64,000 bases of DNA from Pelomyxa schiedti (lineage: Eukaryota; Protista; Evosea): positions 1 to 64,000 of the forward strand of contig JAHLWZ010000359.1 in NCBI GenBank assembly GCA_020536535.1, given 5' to 3'. Below are positions 60,691-64,000 of this stretch, in pieces. The position numbers were made by a program, and so were the translations under genes. Position 1 is the first letter of the stretch, and every line of letters starts with the position of its first letter. The notes below the pieces were generated by a model. That model did no database searches. It saw only the letters and a list, made by a program, of their open reading frames with translations, and was not told the origin of the DNA.

Positions 60691-62432
60691 ATGAGTGGAC
60701 CGAGCCGAGGCATTTCTTGTTTCTCGTTTGTGAGTGGTCTGGGTGTGGGCGCTGCGGCAGTGGCTGTTGGGTGTTGGTTGTATCGCCGCCGGAAGACCGA
60801 CAACGCCGCGACACCCCTTGGCGACATCAGCTCTTCGTCGCGTCTCTCGAGAGAAGATCTCCCGCCTGAAATGACTCCTCTGTCGCACTCTGTTGGTTTT
60901 GTGAAGGAGATCTCTGGGAGCGACGGGGCGGTGGCGTTGAGCTTGCGTGACAGGGTAGAGGGAATGTTCCTCACGATGGCCGTTGGCGATGCTTTGGGAA
61001 TACCGTTCGAAACTATGACGCAGGAACAAGTGGCCCGAATTCTGGGTGACAGCAATTACCCTGCTTACTTCCCGCCCTCTCTGAACAAACTAGTTCCTCC
61101 TGATCACCCAAAAGGTATGATTTGCTTTTATTGTTGGCAAGTTCCACTGCAGTTGTTCTCCCTTCATCACAAGAACAACATCAGTGAGCAACTGCAGTTT
61201 GCTGTGGTAGTGTCCTACAAACCTTTGTTTTAAATGGACCATTTCTTTCCAGGCTGTTGGACAGATGATACTCAGGTTCTTCCCTTTTTTCTTATCCTTC
61301 TACTAACTTGTTAATAGTTGAGCATGGCCATGGGACGCGGTATTATTCACTCTGTGAGAAACCTTGGAGTGTGTACATTGCATGAATGTTCGATCCATTA
61401 GTGACTTCTTCACAAAGCAAATTAGAGTTGTCATGCATTCAATAGTGAACGAGCACGTAACAGAGTGGTTCAAATCGACTGCGGGATGGGGTGGAACAAA
61501 GGACTCTGTTCAAGCAATAGCAGAAGGAAATGTCACTTGGAAACAATCAGGTTTTCTTATTAATTATGAGTTGCAACTTACCTGAGAAAAGGAAGACCCA
61601 GTGCTGTTGGCAATGGCATCTTAATGAAATTGGCTCCTCTGGCATTGTATTACCACTTTGTCCCAGATGCAACCTTGTCGAGGCAACACAAAATTGAGGA
61701 TGTGATGGTACTGTTCCATCTCTCGGTTAAACGATCTAAGTCCGGCAAGACTCTTAGCAGGGTGACACATCCCGGACCCGTACCATTGTACACAGCCTGC
61801 TTTCATTATGTATTTTTAGATGATATATTCAGGTTTGCTAGAAAAACCGTGAAGTCATGAAACCACTTACTGTTGAACACAAGTCAATCCCCTGCAAGCT
61901 TGTTAAAACAGCAAAAGCGTGCCGAACTTCTGCGTGGTCTCATCCCTGAGGCTGAATATTTTGAACGTGAAATGCTTCCCCCTAATGTGCTTGGTTTGCT
62001 GTCCTACCCACAACCAAGTCCAATATAATTCCACAGAAAGGAACTTGTCATCGAGAATCAAAGCCCTGCTTCAATGTGAATCTTCATACCACCCATGGCC
62101 CACAACAGAGGAGATCCTTTCAATTTCCGGTGGTGCCACTTTCCAAGCTATAGACTCTTTAACTGCTGTGTGTGGCTTGTTTCTCCAGGTAACATCGCAC
62201 ATACTTGCCATGGTTAACTTTTTACCAGGAGCCATTTGGCTTTGACACTGTGGTGCGTGCAACCAAAATGGGAGGCGACACAGACTCCAATGCGGCCATC
62301 ATTGGCACCATCGTGGGTTATATCTTGGGACCTCAGTGCATACCCAGGCACCTTCTTGATGGCCTGGCGTCACACTCCATTGTTGCTCAACACGCCACTG
62401 ACTTTGCCAATTTACTCTCTGGGATGTTGTGA
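60691..62432 (+). CDS. ADP-ribosylglycohydrolase (ARH/DraG family) with N-terminal signal-anchor
   Basis: AVGDALG, WTDDTQ, GNG, GGDTDSNAAIIG; N-terminal GLGVGAAAVAVGCWLY followed by RRRK. Confidence 0.9.
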
Positions 62433-62588
62433 TGACAAACCAATGTTCCCACTCTTGTTCCCTCCTTACAAGTCAAAAATACAGTTTCTACTTTCTTCCT
62501 CCGACCACAATTTTCAAAAAGAAAAACCGTACCGCATGTTTGTGTGTCATTTGTAATAAGAATTCAACCATCAACACTTTGTTACCTG

Positions 62589-63926
62589 ATGTCAACCACC
62601 GATAGCAGACAACAACACCGTTTTGGCAAAGTGGTTGTTGTAGAACCCCCCTCGGATACACTGCACGATGCAGGGACCCATAATTCTCATTCGTGGCCGT
62701 GTCTCACGGCCAGGGAGCAGGTGGGGGTGTTGGCTGCTGGCGCCCACCCGCGCTGTGGTGCCTGTTGCGCATTGTTGGTACCTATTTTGGCGATTATGGG
62801 AGGATGTGGCGACGGCGCAGGAGGGGAATTTGACAGCACGTTGGTGCTGAGGGTGCTGTGGAATTGGATTATGGGACATTCCAGGTTCTACTGCATCAGG
62901 TTCCACACCACTGGCTCTCATGTGGTTATGATGACTTTTGGTGTGTCACCACTACTGCTGACACTTACACATAAAATGAAGTGGTGGGTTGACAGGGCCA
63001 CTGAGTCATTAATGGGGGCTACTCAGCATTACTTGATGGTTCAAAGAGGCCCACTGTGCTTTCTGCAGGACGTTGTGACAGGCCAAAGGGTGCCGTTCTG
63101 GACAAAGAAGAAACACTCCTGGAATGCCTGCTTGAACTCTAAGTGGTTTGCTTGCTGTGACCGGTCGTCAAGAAAGAAACTCCTTCTAATCGAGCTTCCA
63201 AAGCTGTACCCAATGGGTTCAACTTCCCTTGAACGGCAGACAACCGTTGTGCCACTGAGTGTTTGCAGCAGGAAGAAGCACTGCCAGCTGTCACTTGGCA
63301 GCTACAACGATAATCATCTCTTGATTTGCTTCGGAAATCACCTTTTCTTTTCGACCGATTGTGAGTTTCTTCTTGTGGACCTGGTGCAAACCACTCGCAC
63401 CAAAACCCTTGCAGTTCTGAGCCTAACTGTTCCTCTATGTGCTGGCCTGTGCCTTCCTAACCTTGACCCAATTGTCTGGGGTGATCAATGTGTATTGGCC
63501 AATCCAAGAACCGGGGGTTCTCGCTCTATTATTGTGATGTCAGAGGGTGCTGACTTCGCCATTAGCATTGAGGAAGCAACAGGAAAAATTCAACCCATCC
63601 AATCCCATATGATTGGGGTTGGGGACGATGACTCTAGGTCATTGTCACTTCTCAGCCAGTCACAGTTCTGCATAACCACCGAAAAAGCGGAGGATTCCTA
63701 CGAAGTGTGGGATGTCAATGACACAGCCAGGCCCATCAGGACACCAGGGTTCCGCGAAGGGTGCACGGCGGCTCACGCATTTGTTGAAGGTGGACTGCTG
63801 TTCCATATGAGCGAATCACTCACGGAAATGCACGTGACTGAGGAGTCCTCTGGTGCCCCGGTCATTGCTTTCAAGTTACTCGAACGACTGAAGGAAGTCA
63901 CTAAACATTTCTCCTTTCACCCATGA
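62589..63926 (+). CDS. Intronless lineage-specific protein (AREQ..AAGAHPRCG motif, degenerate beta-propeller-like C-terminal part)
   Basis: 445-codon uninterrupted ORF with motifs NSKWF, YEVWDVND, FVEGGLLF, VTEESSG. It resembles a large expanded family I recall from Pelomyxa (not verified). Confidence 0.7.
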   Translation: MSTTDSRQQHRFGKVVVVEPPSDTLHDAGTHNSHSWPCLTAREQVGVLAAGAHPRCGACCALLVPILAIMGGCGDGAGGEFDSTLVLRVLWNWIMGHSRFYCIRFHTTGSHVVMMTFGVSPLLLTLTHKMKWWVDRATESLMGATQHYLMVQRGPLCFLQDVVTGQRVPFWTKKKHSWNACLNSKWFACCDRSSRKKLLLIELPKLYPMGSTSLERQTTVVPLSVCSRKKHCQLSLGSYNDNHLLICFGNHLFFSTDCEFLLVDLVQTTRTKTLAVLSLTVPLCAGLCLPNLDPIVWGDQCVLANPRTGGSRSIIVMSEGADFAISIEEATGKIQPIQSHMIGVGDDDSRSLSLLSQSQFCITTEKAEDSYEVWDVNDTARPIRTPGFREGCTAAHAFVEGGLLFHMSESLTEMHVTEESSGAPVIAFKLLERLKEVTKHFSFHP

Positions 63927-64000
63927 AACTCCATTGTGCCCCCTGAAGCAAGCCGGCAACCCCACAAAGTGCCCTCTGATCTTGACTGTCTGGAACCTCA

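Noticed and set aside
15893-62432. Macrodomain, Nudix and ADP-ribosylglycohydrolase genes as an ADP-ribose gene cluster
   Set aside because: Spread over 46 kb among unrelated housekeeping genes, and the Nudix looks NUDT15-like rather than an ADPR pyrophosphatase.
1-64000. Stop-codon reassignment, selenocysteine, frameshifting, CRISPR arrays, transposons
   Set aside because: ORF breaks in the conserved genes I traced are explained by GT-AG introns; no spaced direct-repeat array, transposase/RT motif or terminal repeats were seen.

Overview
Gene-dense eukaryotic DNA with many short (mostly ~40-100 nt) GT-AG introns and weak splice consensus. The content (hybrid-cluster protein, Sel1 repeats, a lineage-specific intronless 'AxxHPRCG' family gene) suggests an anaerobic amoebozoan, probably a Pelomyxa-like archamoeba; this is inference. 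I can support about 26 spliced protein genes, a tRNA-Ala(UGC) and a U2 snRNA gene. The U2 gene calibrates an snRNA-type promoter element: CCCATAA, first C 62 nt upstream of the start. The same element at the same spacing precedes two structured non-coding regions that match no RNA I recognise. (1) A ~150-nt Sm-class RNA (52725-52876, - strand) with an internal U1-type ACUUACCUG behind a long 5' hairpin. (2) A ~340-nt highly paired RNA ending in UUUU (57681-58020, + strand), with a possible telomerase-like template. A third, divergent copy of the element sits beside the second RNA's element. Unusual protein architectures include a double SF1-helicase/TPR giant, U-box-GNAT, DSP-UBA, Rab-like-SOCS-box, vWA-IFI44-like GTPase-Ubl, an RS-tailed macrodomain, a pseudokinase and a lone degenerate helicase-C domain. 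Exon boundaries were assembled by eye, and CDS coordinates are gene spans that include introns.
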